Positions 50,913 through 64,000 of a stretch of 64,000 nt of DNA are shown here, piece by piece. Source of the DNA: Octopus vulgaris (Eukaryota); assembly GCA_951406725.2 (NCBI GenBank), contig OX597821.1, positions 34,224,001 to 34,288,000 of the forward strand. The letters are read 5' to 3'. The notes under the pieces are model-generated. The model was not told where the DNA came from. It made no database searches and worked only from the letters and a program-made list of their open reading frames with translations. The stretch's first letter is position 1, and each line of letters starts with the position of its first letter. The position numbers were made by a program, and so were the translations under genes.

Positions 50913-51416
50913 TTCATACTGTCTCTCCTTCTCTGTGAGCAACACATGATTGAGCTACATAACATTAGTCATACAGTCTGTCTCTAAGTGCTAAGTGCCT
51001 TGACTATGGACGGAATGCAACAAATGGTAGTAGTGGTGGTGGTGGTGCTGTTGCTGCCGCGGCTACTGCACTTGATATAAGTGATGGCGGAGGTGGTGGT
51101 GATGGTAGTGGTGGTGGTGGTGGTTATGTTTGTGGTGGTTTTAGTATCAGCGCACGACCCACTGACCTCTTAGCTCATTGTCTGGCATTTAATTGACTCA
51201 ATCACAAGACATTCACATCCATCTTCTCACTTCTGCCAATTATCTCTCTCTTTCTCTCGCTGTGACAGAGATTAGATGAGAGGTTGATTAATTAATTGTT
51301 CTTATTTCTTTAATTACAGCTTCAGATGTAATCTGTAATGTTGTTGAAGTGAAACTTTTCAATCTTAGAAACCAGTGATGGTCTGCAATGCCATCATCAT
51401 CATGCAATTAGTTAAT

Positions 51417-51970
51417 GAAGGCATGTGGCGTAGTGGTTAGGGTATTCAGCTCATGATCGTAAGGTTATGAGTTCAATTCCTGGTGGCACATTGAGTCCTC
51501 TTGAGCAAGACACTTTTTTCCATGCTGTTCCAGTCCACTCAGCTGACAAAACTGAGACGTTCTTGTATTTCGAAGGGTCAGCCTTGCCACATATGGTATC
51601 ATGCTGTATCACTCTGAATGCTATGTTAACCCTTTCATTACCATATTTCTTTTGAGATGCGCTGTGTTTCTTTCAATTCAGATGGTTCTAAATATAACAA
51701 AGAATTTAGTAAAACAAATTTAGTTATCATTGAGCATGTTAGGAACATAAATTGTGACTAAGGTTTGGTGGAAGATTTCTAATTCAAAACTTTCGTAAAC
51801 AAGATATTTGTACTACAGAGCCAGAGTCAGTTTCAGGCAGGTTGGTAACGAAAGGGTTAAGGGTATACATATCTGTGGAGTGCTCAGCCACTTGTATGTT
51901 ACTTTCACATGCAGGTTGTTCCACTGATCAGATCAAAAGGAACCCTTGCCATTATAACCAACGAAGTGCC
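51417..51970 (+). mobile_element. CORE-type SINE (tail X) split by a piggyBac MITE
   Basis: Empty site CTACGTTAAGGGTACAC is seen in the 18531 copy. Confidence 0.8.
51630..51856. mobile_element. piggyBac-type MITE
   Basis: TTAA|CCCTTTCATTACCA...TGGTAACGAAAGGG|TTAA. Confidence 0.9.
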
Positions 51971-52967
51971 AGCAAATAGTAAATATAATATGCTCCCAAA
52001 ATGGGATATATTATTTTATTATAAGGAAATGGTGAGGTCCAACACTTTAGTTGTTATTGTTGCTACATAAGTCTATATCTGTCCTGGCACAGCAGACTTA
52101 TGATCTATGACATTCCAGCCATAACCCTCTCAACTATTTATAATTTAGAACCACCTGTGTCCATCACAAGTTCCAGTTCTAGTTGTGGTCTAGTAGCTTG
52201 TTCCTCAGTGATCCTGAGAGCAATACCAGCAGAGCATAAACTCCTAGTAAGGCTTCCCATGTTGGACAGGTCTAAGGAGAGGGGGCCAGACTAATATGAA
52301 CCACCTCTTCCCAGATGTAAAAATGTGTTTTTGTTGGGCCCACACAACTTACTAGGAAAAAAAGCAGAGTTGTAGAAGCTTCCCTGGCAAATCGTAATCA
52401 ACAAGACATAGGAGAGGAAGGCCTTCTTCTATGGAAAAAGCACAGGTGTGGCTGTGGGGTTAGAGAGAGGGGAGGGAGGGGAGAGCGAGAGGGAGAGATA
52501 TAGAGGGAGAGCGAGAGAGAGGGGAGGGCGAGAGAGAGAGGGGGAGTGAGGAAGAAAGAGAACGAGAGAGAGGCAATTATGTGGATAAACAAATCAGATA
52601 TATTAAATATAATATAATAGTTTGGCCACGAAACACAAAATATGTATCTATGTATACATGAAAAACAAGAGACAACATAAGACGGAGACTTTCATAAGAT
52701 GAATATTTAAGTACAAATGTACAGATTCGTCTCCCAGCTCTCCACCTCTACTACCACCTCCCTTAATACCCTCATTAAAAACCCTCTACTTCTTCCTGAA
52801 CTAGCTCTCTCATCTTCTCTCACCGGTGAGGGGTTGACCCCTTTGGTCATGAATGACAATGGGATTGCACCTAGAAAGTTACCCTCCGAGGCACAAGTCT
52901 GGGCAAGGTTGTTTATGGAAGACCAGCAGTTGCCCATACATCTCAATTCCTCTGACACCCTTTTGTG

Positions 52968-53210
52968 CATCATCGTCATCATCATCATCATCATCATTTA
53001 GCTTCAGTTTTCCATGCTGGCATGGGTTAGACAGTTTAACTGGAACTAGATAAGCCAGAGACCTGCACCGAACTCCAGTCTGTTTTGGCTTTGTTTCTAT
53101 GGCTGGATACCCTTCTTAATGCCAACCATTCTACAGAGTGTACCAGGTGCCTTTAATGTGTCATTGATACAAGTGTCACTGGCACAGGTGCCTTTAACAT
53201 GTGACCAGCA
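52968..53210 (-). mobile_element. Family D, diverged
   Basis: (CAT)n then TTCCATGCTGGCATGGGTT...GGATACCCTTC. Confidence 0.7.
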
Positions 53211-53792
53211 CTCACCACAACTATGACTCCACTAGGTTTGATACATATTTTCAAGCACAGCGAATTGCCAACAGAATTGGTCATCACCTCCATGATGTTC
53301 AACATCCAGAGATCGTATTCCACCACCTCACCCCATGTCTTCCTGATTCAACATCTTCCACATGTTCTCTTCAGAGAAAATGAGTAAAGAACTGTTGGAC
53401 AGAATCAAATTAAAACAGTATAACACAAACTTTTCTGTTACTGGTTAAGAAATTTGACATTTAAAATTAAATTATCTGACAAGAGGTAGAGAAAGCATTT
53501 GAAATCAAGGAACTAGTACATGCTTTGAATTGGCATTTTTGGTGAAATTTATGCATATGGCATCTTAAAGATAAGTTCGGATAGAATTTGAGATATCAAT
53601 GCAAAGTTTGTCTTCAGAAATTTAATTTTAAACTTGCCAAGAGATGCTGACATCCCGAGAAGCTCTTGGGATTTTTGAGAAAACGGAAAAATATGAATGT
53701 ATTAAAACATGAATATATTAAATTTGAAGTATTTAAACAAAAGGCATTTTCTCTCTTTTTCGCTTTTCCTCTTGCCCCTTCACTCTCTCCTG

Positions 53793-54256
53793 CATGTGTG
53801 GGAGTGTGTGTGTGTGTGCAATATACATGTTTGTTTGTGTGTGTCTGTGTGCACGTGTGTTGTGTATATGTGTGTGCACATGTGTGTGTATGTGTGTATG
53901 CAATATGCATATGCGATTGTGAGTGTGTGTTTGCATGCACATGTGTGTGTGTGCAACATACATGTTTGTTTGTGTGTGTCTGTGTGTGTGTGTGCAATAT
54001 ACATGTTTGTTTGTGTGTGTCTGTGTGTGTGTGTGCAATATACATGTTTGTGTGTGTCTGTGTGCGCGTGTGTTGTGTATATGTGTGTGCACGTGTGTGT
54101 ATGTGTGTATGCAATATGCATATGCGATTGTGAGTGTGTGTTTGCATGCACATGTGTGTGTGTGCATGTGTCTGTGAGTGTGAGTGTGTGTGCATGTGTG
54201 TGCATGTGTGTGTGTGTGTGTGTGCGTGTGTGTGCGTGTGTGTGTGTGTGTGTGTG
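53793..54256. repeat. Higher-order (TG)n-derived repeat
   Basis: GCAATATACATGTTTG recurs; the block TATGCAATATGCATATGCGATTGTGAGTG occurs twice. Confidence 0.9.
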
Positions 54257-54600
54257 CTTCAATCTAACCGAACAGCTCCCACTCTTCCCCCTTTCCTTTT
54301 CTTTATTCTTATTCTCTTTCTTAACAACTTCAGACATTTGCTCACTCCCATATCCTATTTCTGCATACATGTTTTTCTTTTTTATTCTCTCCCTCCATGC
54401 TTTCCATTCATTCTTGATAAAATCTCCTGCAAGTTAACTCGGGATCCCTTGAAGACAGCATAACCTTCATTTACCCATGGTATCTTCAGTCTGATGAATA
54501 GCTAGCAGCGTACCCCTCATTGAGTAATTATTACATCAGAGAATCTACTCTTTAGGAAACATATGTAGCCTGAATTTTACCCGCTCCATTTCCATCCATT

Positions 54601-54983
54601 TGTATATATATATATATATATATATATAAACGGCAAAATGCCTGTGTGTGTGTCTTTTATACAAATCCACAATCTTTCAGTTAGAGGGCTCGCACTTTCT
54701 ATGGTCATTCAAAACCGTCCAAGGGTGGTCATGCACATCTTTACATTTCCCCAGTCACACCGCAAAGCTATTAAAAAGTCTATAGAAGTGACACTTTTTT
54801 GTGAATTTTCTATCCAAAACCCAATCAAAATGCCCGAAACTTGATATGCCAATTGAATGCCAGCTAGCTGTATGTGATTGGTCAGAGATTTGGACAGTAA
54901 TTGCGTATGTATGTGTGAATGCATGCAGCTGTATATGCATGCACTAAGCACTATGACACAGTGTTGCCGAGTCATAGTGCTAG
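54601..54983 (+). mobile_element. Non-autonomous Helitron (second family)
   Basis: (TA)n-AAA 5' region; 3' hairpin GCACTATGAC...GTCATAGTGC ending in CTAG|T; 5' boundary uncertain. Confidence 0.65.
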
Positions 54984-55059
54984 TATATGTATAATTTTTT
55001 TCAGAATGAGATAAAAAAACCAAGGCTGTGAAGATTTTAGAACATTTATAAATAGAAGG

Positions 55060-55105
55060 TCTTACAGCTGTTTCCAGGACATTTATTATATCCCTTCATC
55101 AGAGA
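55060..55105 (-). ncRNA. Minimal type-I hammerhead ribozyme motif (PLE-type)
   Basis: Minus strand TCT CTGATGA AGGGATAT aataa ATGTCCTG GAAAC AGCT GTA AGA; intact core, GUA triplet, palindromic ACAGCTGT stem III, 3-bp stem I. Confidence 0.7.
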
Positions 55106-55285
55106 TAGTGTGAGAAAATTTTTTTTAATATATACACATGCTGATATATGACCTATGTTGGACTCCTTATTCACATATTCACAGAACCTGGAGCTTAACT
55201 ATGGTCTATCATAGCACTTACTTAGCATTACCTGACATCTTTGGGTCTTATTGACACCATTACCTCTCATAACCTCTCTCTCTCT

Positions 55286-55330
<45 letters not shown>

Positions 55331-55840
55331 TACACACACACACATATATATATATACACACACATATACATATAATATATACATGCATACTTATATACAC
55401 ACAGACACACACTCATATTCAGTGGGCTTCTTTCAGTTTCCAGCCATCAAAACCACTCACAAGGTTTTGGTCATCCCAGAGCTATAGTAGAAGACACTTG
55501 CCGAGTGTGCCACATGGTGGAACTGAACCCAAAACCATGTGGTTGGGAAGTGAAAACAAAGAAAGCCACTCACTTTAAAAAAAAAAGGAAAAAGGAACTG
55601 AACTCGTTAGCTATTACAGGAGAGTAACGAGTTATTATTTTTTTCTTAACTGAATGTAACAAATGTAGTCTTTGATTCACTCTTGGGTGGAGGTCACAAA
55701 TGCATTAATTAAAAATCTGAAATTAATCATACACACACATACACACACACATACATACATGTGTGTGTGTGTGTGTAAATAGATATATATTTATACATAT
55801 ACATACATATATATATATATATACATACATACATACATAC

Positions 55841-55872
<32 letters not shown>

Positions 55873-55944
55873 ACACATTACATACACATACATACATACA
55901 TAGAGAGGGCGTATAGTGGTATAGAGAGACAGATAAACAGAGAG

Positions 55945-55949
55945 ATAGG

Positions 55950-56033
<84 letters not shown>
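55945..56033. repeat. (GATA)n microsatellite
   Basis: Direct reading. Confidence 0.97.
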
Positions 56034-56034
<1 letters not shown>

Positions 56035-56517
56035 TATGAGCTATAATTATAGAAGGAAATGGAAAGTTAAGTAATGAGGGAAGAAATAGGAGTTAATTAT
56101 TTCTAGTAAATGGTTATCCACTATTTTTGGAAGTTAATTCACAAGGCAGAAATTAAGTAGGGCATATTTGGGGAATATAAAAAAAAACAAACAATAGATT
56201 TTATTATTTGTGAGAGATATGAGGTAGTTTCAGCCAGATAATTTTTGGATAAATGGTGATTGAAATAATAATAACCATTAATTTTTATTCACCAATTATT
56301 TTTAATCACAGCTTTTTCTTAATCACCATTTATTTAATCATTACTGTAATAGAATGGTTTACATCTATTCAAAATAAAATTGACAATAAATTCTTTCAAT
56401 TTGGTACAAAAGACTGCTATCCCTGGATCCCTAAAACACTATTCATCAACATATCAGCATCCTTAATTTTGCCTCATCAATCACATGTATTATAGATAAT
56501 GAAATGGAAAATATATT

Positions 56518-57429
56518 CTTTTATTCTTTTATCAGTTTCAGTCATTTGACTGTGGCCATGCTGGAGCACCACCTTTAGTTGAACAAATTGACCCCAGAAT
56601 TTATTCTTTGTAAGCCTAGTACTTATTATGTCGGTCTATTTTGCCAAACCACTAAGTTACGGGGACGTAAACACACCGACATCAGTTGCCATGTGATGGA
56701 GAGGAGACAAGCACAGACACACACAAATACTTTCAATGGCAGCCGATTTTCGCGGGGTTCCACTATTCCCTTCTCTCTCTCTCTCTCCCTCTTTTACGTT
56801 GTCTGCCCTCCCCCCCTCTTCCTTTCCCCCCTTCCATTACTAAGAGCATTTTTAAGCCAGCCCGTCAAGTTCAACCTTCGCATATTCCCGGTGCACCCGC
56901 CCTTGCCCACCCCCACCACCAATACCGGATATCTCTATATTTATGCTCCATCTATACCGGATGTCGCTTCTCCCACCACCATTATAGGTGTCTACTCTTC
57001 GAACCCCCCTCTTCAATACGCTATTTCACCATGCATTACCCCTCTCGTGATATCTACTTGTCTCCGAACACCCCTCCCCACTGGTGCTCCCCTATATTTC
57101 TGCACCCTCCCCCCACATAAAAAGCACCATCCGAACGTGGCCGATGCCAGCACCGCCCCGACTGGCTTCTGTGCAGGTGGCACATAAAAAGCACCAACTG
57201 ACCGTGGCCGATGCCAGACCCCTCTGGCACCTGTGCAGGTGGCACGTAAAAAGCACCCACTACACTCGCGGAGTGGTTGGCGTTAGGAAGGGCATCCAGC
57301 TGTAGAAACACTGCCAGACCAGACTGGAGCCTGGGGCAGCCCCTGGCTCCCCAGACCCCGGTCGAAACCGTCCAACCCGTGCTAGCGCGGAAAACGGACG
57401 TTAAACGATGATGATGATGATGATGATGA

Positions 57430-57491
<62 letters not shown>

Positions 57492-57563
57492 ACAGGCTTG
57501 TTTCAGTTTCCGTCTACCAAATCCACTCACAAGGCTTTGGTTAGCCCAAGGCTATAGCAGAAG
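56518..57563 (-). mobile_element. Family A SINE split by a C-rich insert and a family D copy (57114-57431, plus)
   Basis: A tail at 56518-56728 and A middle at 57488-57563. Confidence 0.75.
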
Positions 57564-58027
57564 GTTGATAATGTTAAAATCAGTATAACTGTAACTTTGA
57601 ATATAAGTAATTTTTGTACTACTCAAGAAAGCTTTAAACTATATCCACAAATTGTCTAACCATCCTTAGGACATTTATAACCAAGTTAAAATATCTTAGA
57701 CTGTCAAAATCTATTCAGAGAGTTTTCTAAATATGAATTTAATAATACTTTCTTTGGAAGTGGTATCAAGGAGGAAATTACATGTACTGGACATATTGGT
57801 GAAATATTTTGTGTAATGCAGAAGTATATCTAATTTGTTGTACATAAATTTTAACAGCAAAATCTTTTGTGGACCCTCAAACGTCATAAGGACCCTAATC
57901 AGGAACTGCTGCCCTAATAGAAGATGACAACCACTTAACTACATTGGTCTTATTGGCAGAGATGCACAACATGAAATTGAGGACCTACAAAAACTAGAGG
58001 AATAGAGATTTTTTGACACAGCATTGT

Positions 58028-58347
58028 GAAGGTATGTGGCTTAGTGGTTAGGATATTTGGCTTATGATCGTAAGGTCATGAGTTCGATTCCCAGCGATGC
58101 ATTCTGTCCTTGAGCAAGACACTTTATTCCACATTGCTCCAGTTCACTCAGCTGGCATAAATGAGTAAACCCTGTATTTCAAGGGATCAGCCTTATCACA
58201 TTCTGTGTCACGCTGAATCTCCCTGAGAACTATGTTAAGTGTACATGTGTCTGTGGAGTGCTCAGCCACTTACATGTTGATTTGACAAGCAAGCTGTTCA
58301 GCTGATAGGGTCAACTGGGACCTTTGTCGTAACCGACAGAGCGCCAG
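58028..58347 (+). mobile_element. CORE-type tRNA SINE, tail X, full length
   Basis: TGGCTTAGTGG, GAGTTCGATTCC, TGTCCTTGAGCAAGACACTT. Confidence 0.85.
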
Positions 58348-58439
58348 TTACTAAGAGATGCATCCGAATGCGGTTGCTCGTAGAAGAAGGTATAACTCTC
58401 CTTTCAATTTAACTGTAGCAACCTTGTATGATGTTCTGT

Positions 58440-58820
58440 TATTCTGTTACTTGTTTCTGTTATTTGATTGCGGCCATGCTGGAGCACTGCCTTAAAGGGT
58501 ATTTAATCGAAGAAATCGACTTCAGGACTTATTCTTTGTAAGTCTAGTACTTATTCTATAGGTCTCTCTTGCTGAACCACTAAGTTACAGGGACGTAAAG
58601 ACACCAACATCGGTTGTCATGTGATCGTGGGGGGGGGGACAAACATAAACACAAAGGCACACACACACACACACACATATGTATATGGTGGGCTTTTTGA
58701 GATTCTGTCTACCAAATCCACTCACAAGGCTTTGGTTGGCTTGAGGCTATAATAAAAGACACCTGCCCGAGGTGCTATGCAGTGGGACTGAACCCAAAAC
58801 CATGGGTTGGGAAGCAAGCA
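58440..58820 (-). mobile_element. SINE family A
   Basis: A pattern. Confidence 0.85.
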
Positions 58821-59212
58821 TCTTACCACACAGCCATACCTTTCTTGCGAAACGCATGTCGACAACAAAGTATTTAACAAAAATATAAAATCACCAACAG
58901 CAGCAGCAGTAGCAGTAGCAGTAGCAGTAGCATTAGTAGTAGTAGTAGTCCAAGTGAAATGCATTAAGAAAGAAAAAATGACCGGCCAACCAGCCTACTG
59001 ACTAGCCAGTCAGCTAGCCAGTCAGCTAGCCGGCCAGCCAAACCACCAAGAAAGAATAATTCATCTTGAAGTTACTTCAAGTGAAAGGAACAATGTGAAA
59101 ATAAATGAGTTAATTAGTTAATGAAGCAGACGGCTAGTTAACTGTAAAACACCACTCTGTAACTAACTACCCACTTGTTCATTTATTTATTTATTCGTTT
59201 ATATATTCATGC

Positions 59213-59618
59213 TCTCTCTTTTACTCTTTTACTTGTTTCAGTCATTTGACTGCAGCCATGCTGGAGCACCGCCTTTAATCGAGCAACTCGACCCCGGGAC
59301 TTATTCTTTCGTAAGCCCAGTACTTATTCTATCGGTCTCTTTTGCCGAACCGCTAAGTAATGGGGACATAAACACACCAGCATCGGTTGTCAAGCAATGC
59401 TAGGGGGACAAACATAGACACACAAACACATACATGCATATATATACATATACATATATACGATGGGCTTCTTTCAGTTTCCGTCTACCAAATCCACTCA
59501 CAAGGCTTTGGTCGGCCCAAGGCTATAGTAGAAGACACTTGCCCAACATGCCACGCAGTGGGACTGAACCCGGAACCGTGTGGTTGGTAAACAAGCTACT
59601 TACCACACAGCCACTCCT
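59213..59618 (-). mobile_element. SINE family A, young full length
   Basis: A pattern, CpGs intact. Confidence 0.92.
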
Positions 59619-59914
59619 GTTCATTTGTTCAGTGAAGGATTCGGTAGCAGGAATGTCTTTAAATATCTACCCAAGCTTCGATTAATAAATATATGAAACC
59701 TTTATAGGTGCAAGCATGGTTGTTGGGTAAAATGTTCGCTTGCCAATCACAAGGTTTTTCATGTTCAGTCCCACTCTGTCACACCTTGTCATGAGCTGAC
59801 TGATGCCTTATGAGTGGATTTGGTAGATGGAAACTGAAAGAAGCCCATTATATATATCTATATATATATATATATAGGTACACATACAGACACACACATG
59901 CACACATATACATA

Positions 59915-59953
<39 letters not shown>

Positions 59954-59990
59954 GTACACATACAGACACACACATGCACACATATACATA

Positions 59991-60032
<42 letters not shown>

Positions 60033-60035
<3 letters not shown>

Positions 60036-60442
60036 TACACTCATGGAGTGGTTGGCGTTAGGAAGGGCATCCAGCTGTAGAAACACTGCCAGATCAGACT
60101 GGCCTGGTGCAACCTTCTGGCTTCCCAGACCCCAGTTGAACCGTCCAACCCATGCTAGACTTGAAAGTGGACGTTAAATGATGATGATGAGGAGGACGAG
60201 GATGACGATATATATATATATCGTCATCATCATCATCATCATTTAACGTCCGCTTCCGTGCTAGCATGGGTTGGACGATTTTGACTAAGGGCTGGTGAAC
60301 CAGATGGCTGCACCAGGCTCCAATCTTGATCTGGCAGAGTTTCTACAGCTGGATGCCCTTTCTAACACCAACGACTTCAAGAGTGTAGTGGGTGCTTTTT
60401 ACATGCCACCGGCACAGGGGCCAGTCAGGCGTACTGGCAACG
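60033..60442. mobile_element. Tail-to-tail pair of family D copies
   Basis: Plus copy 60033-60208, short (AT)n spacer, minus copy 60221-60442. Confidence 0.88.
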
Positions 60443-60823
60443 AAACATGTCTGGAATGGTATAACAATGCAGAGTGGAGGGTTGTCATGTTCTGAGTTCA
60501 TGTGTGTTAGCATATTTGTAGCGGTGTTTCCAAGTTATGTATTACATGTACATTTTTTTTAATATAATGTTTTGTTACATAAAAGATAAAAGGCAACACA
60601 CATGAGCTCAAGACTTGACTATTCTCACACACTTCTCATGACAGATTCTGGAAAGAACTTCGTGAGACCATTACAGGAACGCTTCCAATAGATTTCAGTA
60701 ACCATTTGAGGAATAAGTAAACTGGCTATAACAGTGACTCCATTACTTCCTAGCAATCTCTGAAGAAGAAATTTTTATATTCCAAAATACTAGACTATGA
60801 ATAATTAAATTATTTTCAACAAT

Positions 60824-61228
60824 AGGTGCAGGAGTGGCTGTGTGGTAAGTAGCTTGCTTACCAACCACATGGTTCGGGGTTCAGTCCCACTGCGTGGCAT
60901 CTTGGGCAAGTATCTTCTACTATAGCCTCGGGCCGACCAAAGCCTTGTGAGTGGATATTGTAGACACAAACTGAAAAGAAGCCCGTTGTATATATGTATA
61001 TATATATGTGTATGTGTGTTTGTGTGTCTGTGTTTGTCCCCCTAGCATTGCTTGACAACCGATGCTGGTGTGTTTATGTCCCCGTCACTTAGTGGTTCGG
61101 CAAAAGAGACCGATAGAATAAGTACTAGGCTTACAAAGAATAAGTCCCGGGGTTGATTTGGTCGACTAAAGGCGGTGCTCCAGCAAAGCTGCAGTCAAAT
61201 GACTGAAACAAGTAAAAGAGTAAAGAGT
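60824..61228 (+). mobile_element. SINE family A, full length
   Basis: A pattern. Confidence 0.92.
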
Positions 61229-61323
61229 AATTATTATAGTCTACTCTGCATTGTTATTCTATTCTAGACAAGTTACATTCTACAAACAATTCACAATGCT
61301 GCCAGCAAACTACAAAATTCTTT

Positions 61324-61369
<46 letters not shown>

Positions 61370-62191
61370 TTGTCCCCCACCATTGCTTGACGACTAGTGT
61401 TGGTTTGTTTATGTCCTTGTAACTTAGCAGTTTGGCAAGAAAAATCCAATGGAATAAGTACCAGGCTTATGAAAAGATGTAAGTACTGGAGTATTTGTCC
61501 AAGGCGGTGCTCCAGCATGGCCTTTGTTCAATGACTGAAACAAGCAAATAAAATAAGAAATAAAAGGCAAATTAATAAATCCATAAATAAATGAAATTTC
61601 TGGGATTATATTTGGCAAGCTTAGTTAGTTCCAAGATGAGGTGCCGTGAGAGGGAGGGAGATTTTGGTTGCTAGTAGTATCACATCTTCAATATATCATG
61701 TAAAGGAAACTTTTCTGAAAGAATTCTTCCTCTTATCTCATAAATGCGATATTATTATCATCATTATTGCTATTATTATTATTATTGTTGTTTTTGTTGT
61801 TGTTATTGTTGTTGCTGTTGTTATGGCTAAATATGAAGCATGAAATAAATCCACTGAGAATTTTAGATTAATGCATTTTTGTTAATTTTTGGTTATGTAA
61901 CAAGTGTTCTTTTTTTTTTGTTTTCTAGTTGTTTCTATATTTGCTCTTGTTGTTGTTGATGATGATGTTGTTTGTTTTACTTGTCTTTTTCCTGTTTTTT
62001 TTTTTTTGAAATTTTATTTTAATAATGTGCAAAGAGTTCTATAGAATTTATGATTCAATATTATTTGAAGATAATTTTTATAAATTATTTTATTTTGGAA
62101 ATTATTTTTATTTAAACAGAAATTGAATTCAATAACCTAAATGCAGTTAATAAATTTATGTTTATATATAAATCATGAACAAACACACATG

Positions 62192-62249
<58 letters not shown>

Positions 62250-62421
62250 AATATACAAAGACACAAACAAATGTTTGTCTATGCATATATTTAAGAATAT
62301 AAATATGTGTGTATGTTTGTGTCCATTAATATGAATATGGTCTTAATTATATACATTTAATGATATATAATATGTATATGTGTGTGTGTATATATACTTA
62401 TGTATGTATGTATATAAATCA

Positions 62422-62486
<65 letters not shown>

Positions 62487-62972
62487 CTATACATATACAT
62501 ATATGTAAGGGTATGTACCAATGCTTGTATCAATTAGTAATCATATATACATATACACATACACACACACACACACATATACATATGTGTACGTGTGTGT
62601 GTGTGTATTTATATATTTATATATATTTATATATGTATACACTCACACATATATATCTACTCTGCATATCTCGCCACCCAATATCTGTCTGTGTTTGGTC
62701 TAGCCCTACACATGGTTATCTAGATTCTCGTTTCCAATGTGAATAGGAACTCATTTTCCTTTGTTAGATTGTTGGTTCTAATGGTCTCAATCCTTACACT
62801 CTTTTTTTTAAACATTGATAAGATACACATGCATACACATCCAAACCCATATGCATCCAAATGCACATGCAGCAAAATGCAGACATAGAAATACCACACT
62901 TTCTGTCCACGCATACTTATTACAGAAACACACACATACACACAGTGGGAATCACTCACACTCACATATCGC

Positions 62973-63505
62973 TTTTCATTGGACACTAAACTCTGCTTGT
63001 GAAGACCTGTTGGGGCAAGTGAAATCAGAATCGAAATTGAACCAATCCTATGACTGGCACCCGGCAGTTGCTAGTGCTGCTGGACTGACTCCTGTGCAGG
63101 TGGCAAGTAAAGAAACACTGTTTCGATCCTGTGCATGAGGAGACCTATTGAGTCAAGTACACCAACATCAAAAATCAATGGAAATTGTAGATGTGATCCC
63201 TGTGCTGGTGGTGCATAAAAAGCACCATCTGAACGTGGCCGATGCCAGCACCGCCTTGACTGGCTTCTGTGCTGGTGGCACGTAAAAAGCACCAATCCGA
63301 TCGTGGCCATTGCCAGCCTCGCCTAGCACGTAAAAAGCACCCACTATACTCAAGGAGTAGTTGGCGTTAGGAAGGGCATCCAGCTGTAGAAACACTGCCA
63401 GATCAAACTCGAGCCTGGTGCAGCCTTCTGGCTTCCCAAATCCCCGGTCGAACCATCCAACCCATGCTAGCATGGAGCACGGACGTTAAACGATGGTGAT
63501 GATGA
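62973..63505 (+). mobile_element. Family D, long copy
   Basis: 5' block shared with 19283; tandem units; tail. Confidence 0.88.
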
Positions 63506-64000
63506 TCATCATCTCTGTAAACAAACTAGCAACAATACACATATTTACATGTCAGACACACACATATTAGGCACATACATACAATTAAACTACACACACA
63601 TCTGTACATACAAGGCTCAGTCAGTAGAAATAAGAGCACAGTAACAGCCACAACACAACACAATACACATACATACACACACACATATGCACACGCATAC
63701 ATGTGCACACACATACATCTGCACACACGCACATGTGCACACATTCGCATGCGCACACATACACACATACACACTAATAAACGCACTAAAAATAACATGG
63801 AGATTTAAGTTTACATGGTGAACACATATACGCACACGTCATGGTTAAATAGCCATATATATATATATACAAACCCATATACACTCGGTTCTTAAAGATT
63901 AAACGCGTGTGCACACACACACACACACACACAGACATGCACACCCGCACGCACACATACATACTTTATGCACTGTTACTTCCCCTACAACACTTGTATG

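Noticed and set aside
59865-60030. Tandem duplication of about 77 bp of microsatellite-rich sequence
   Set aside because: Ordinary slippage product or assembly duplication

Overview
AT-rich, very microsatellite-dense animal genomic DNA, most likely from an octopus (inferred from the SINE repertoire and the (TA)n/(CA)n/(GAT)n load). No convincing host protein-coding gene is present: nearly all supplied ORFs are translated microsatellites or SINE frames. The window is a transposon graveyard. It holds four high-copy short-retroelement families (labelled A-D here), a decayed Gypsy LTR retrotransposon spread over about 12.6-22.1 kb, a decayed pogo/Tigger (POGK-like) transposase at about 46.4-48.5 kb, several Tc1/mariner, hAT, piggyBac and Helitron non-autonomous elements, and 3' ends of RTE and CR1 LINEs. 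The most interesting signal is a set of minimal type-I hammerhead-ribozyme motifs and fold-back termini typical of Penelope-like retroelements (PLEs). One of these is a compact element (45862-46198) that joins a tRNA-derived Pol III head to a hammerhead core and an inverted terminal copy, a candidate PLE-mobilised, ribozyme-bearing SINE. All coordinates were read by eye and may be off by a few bases. Family names are from recalled similarity, not database searches.
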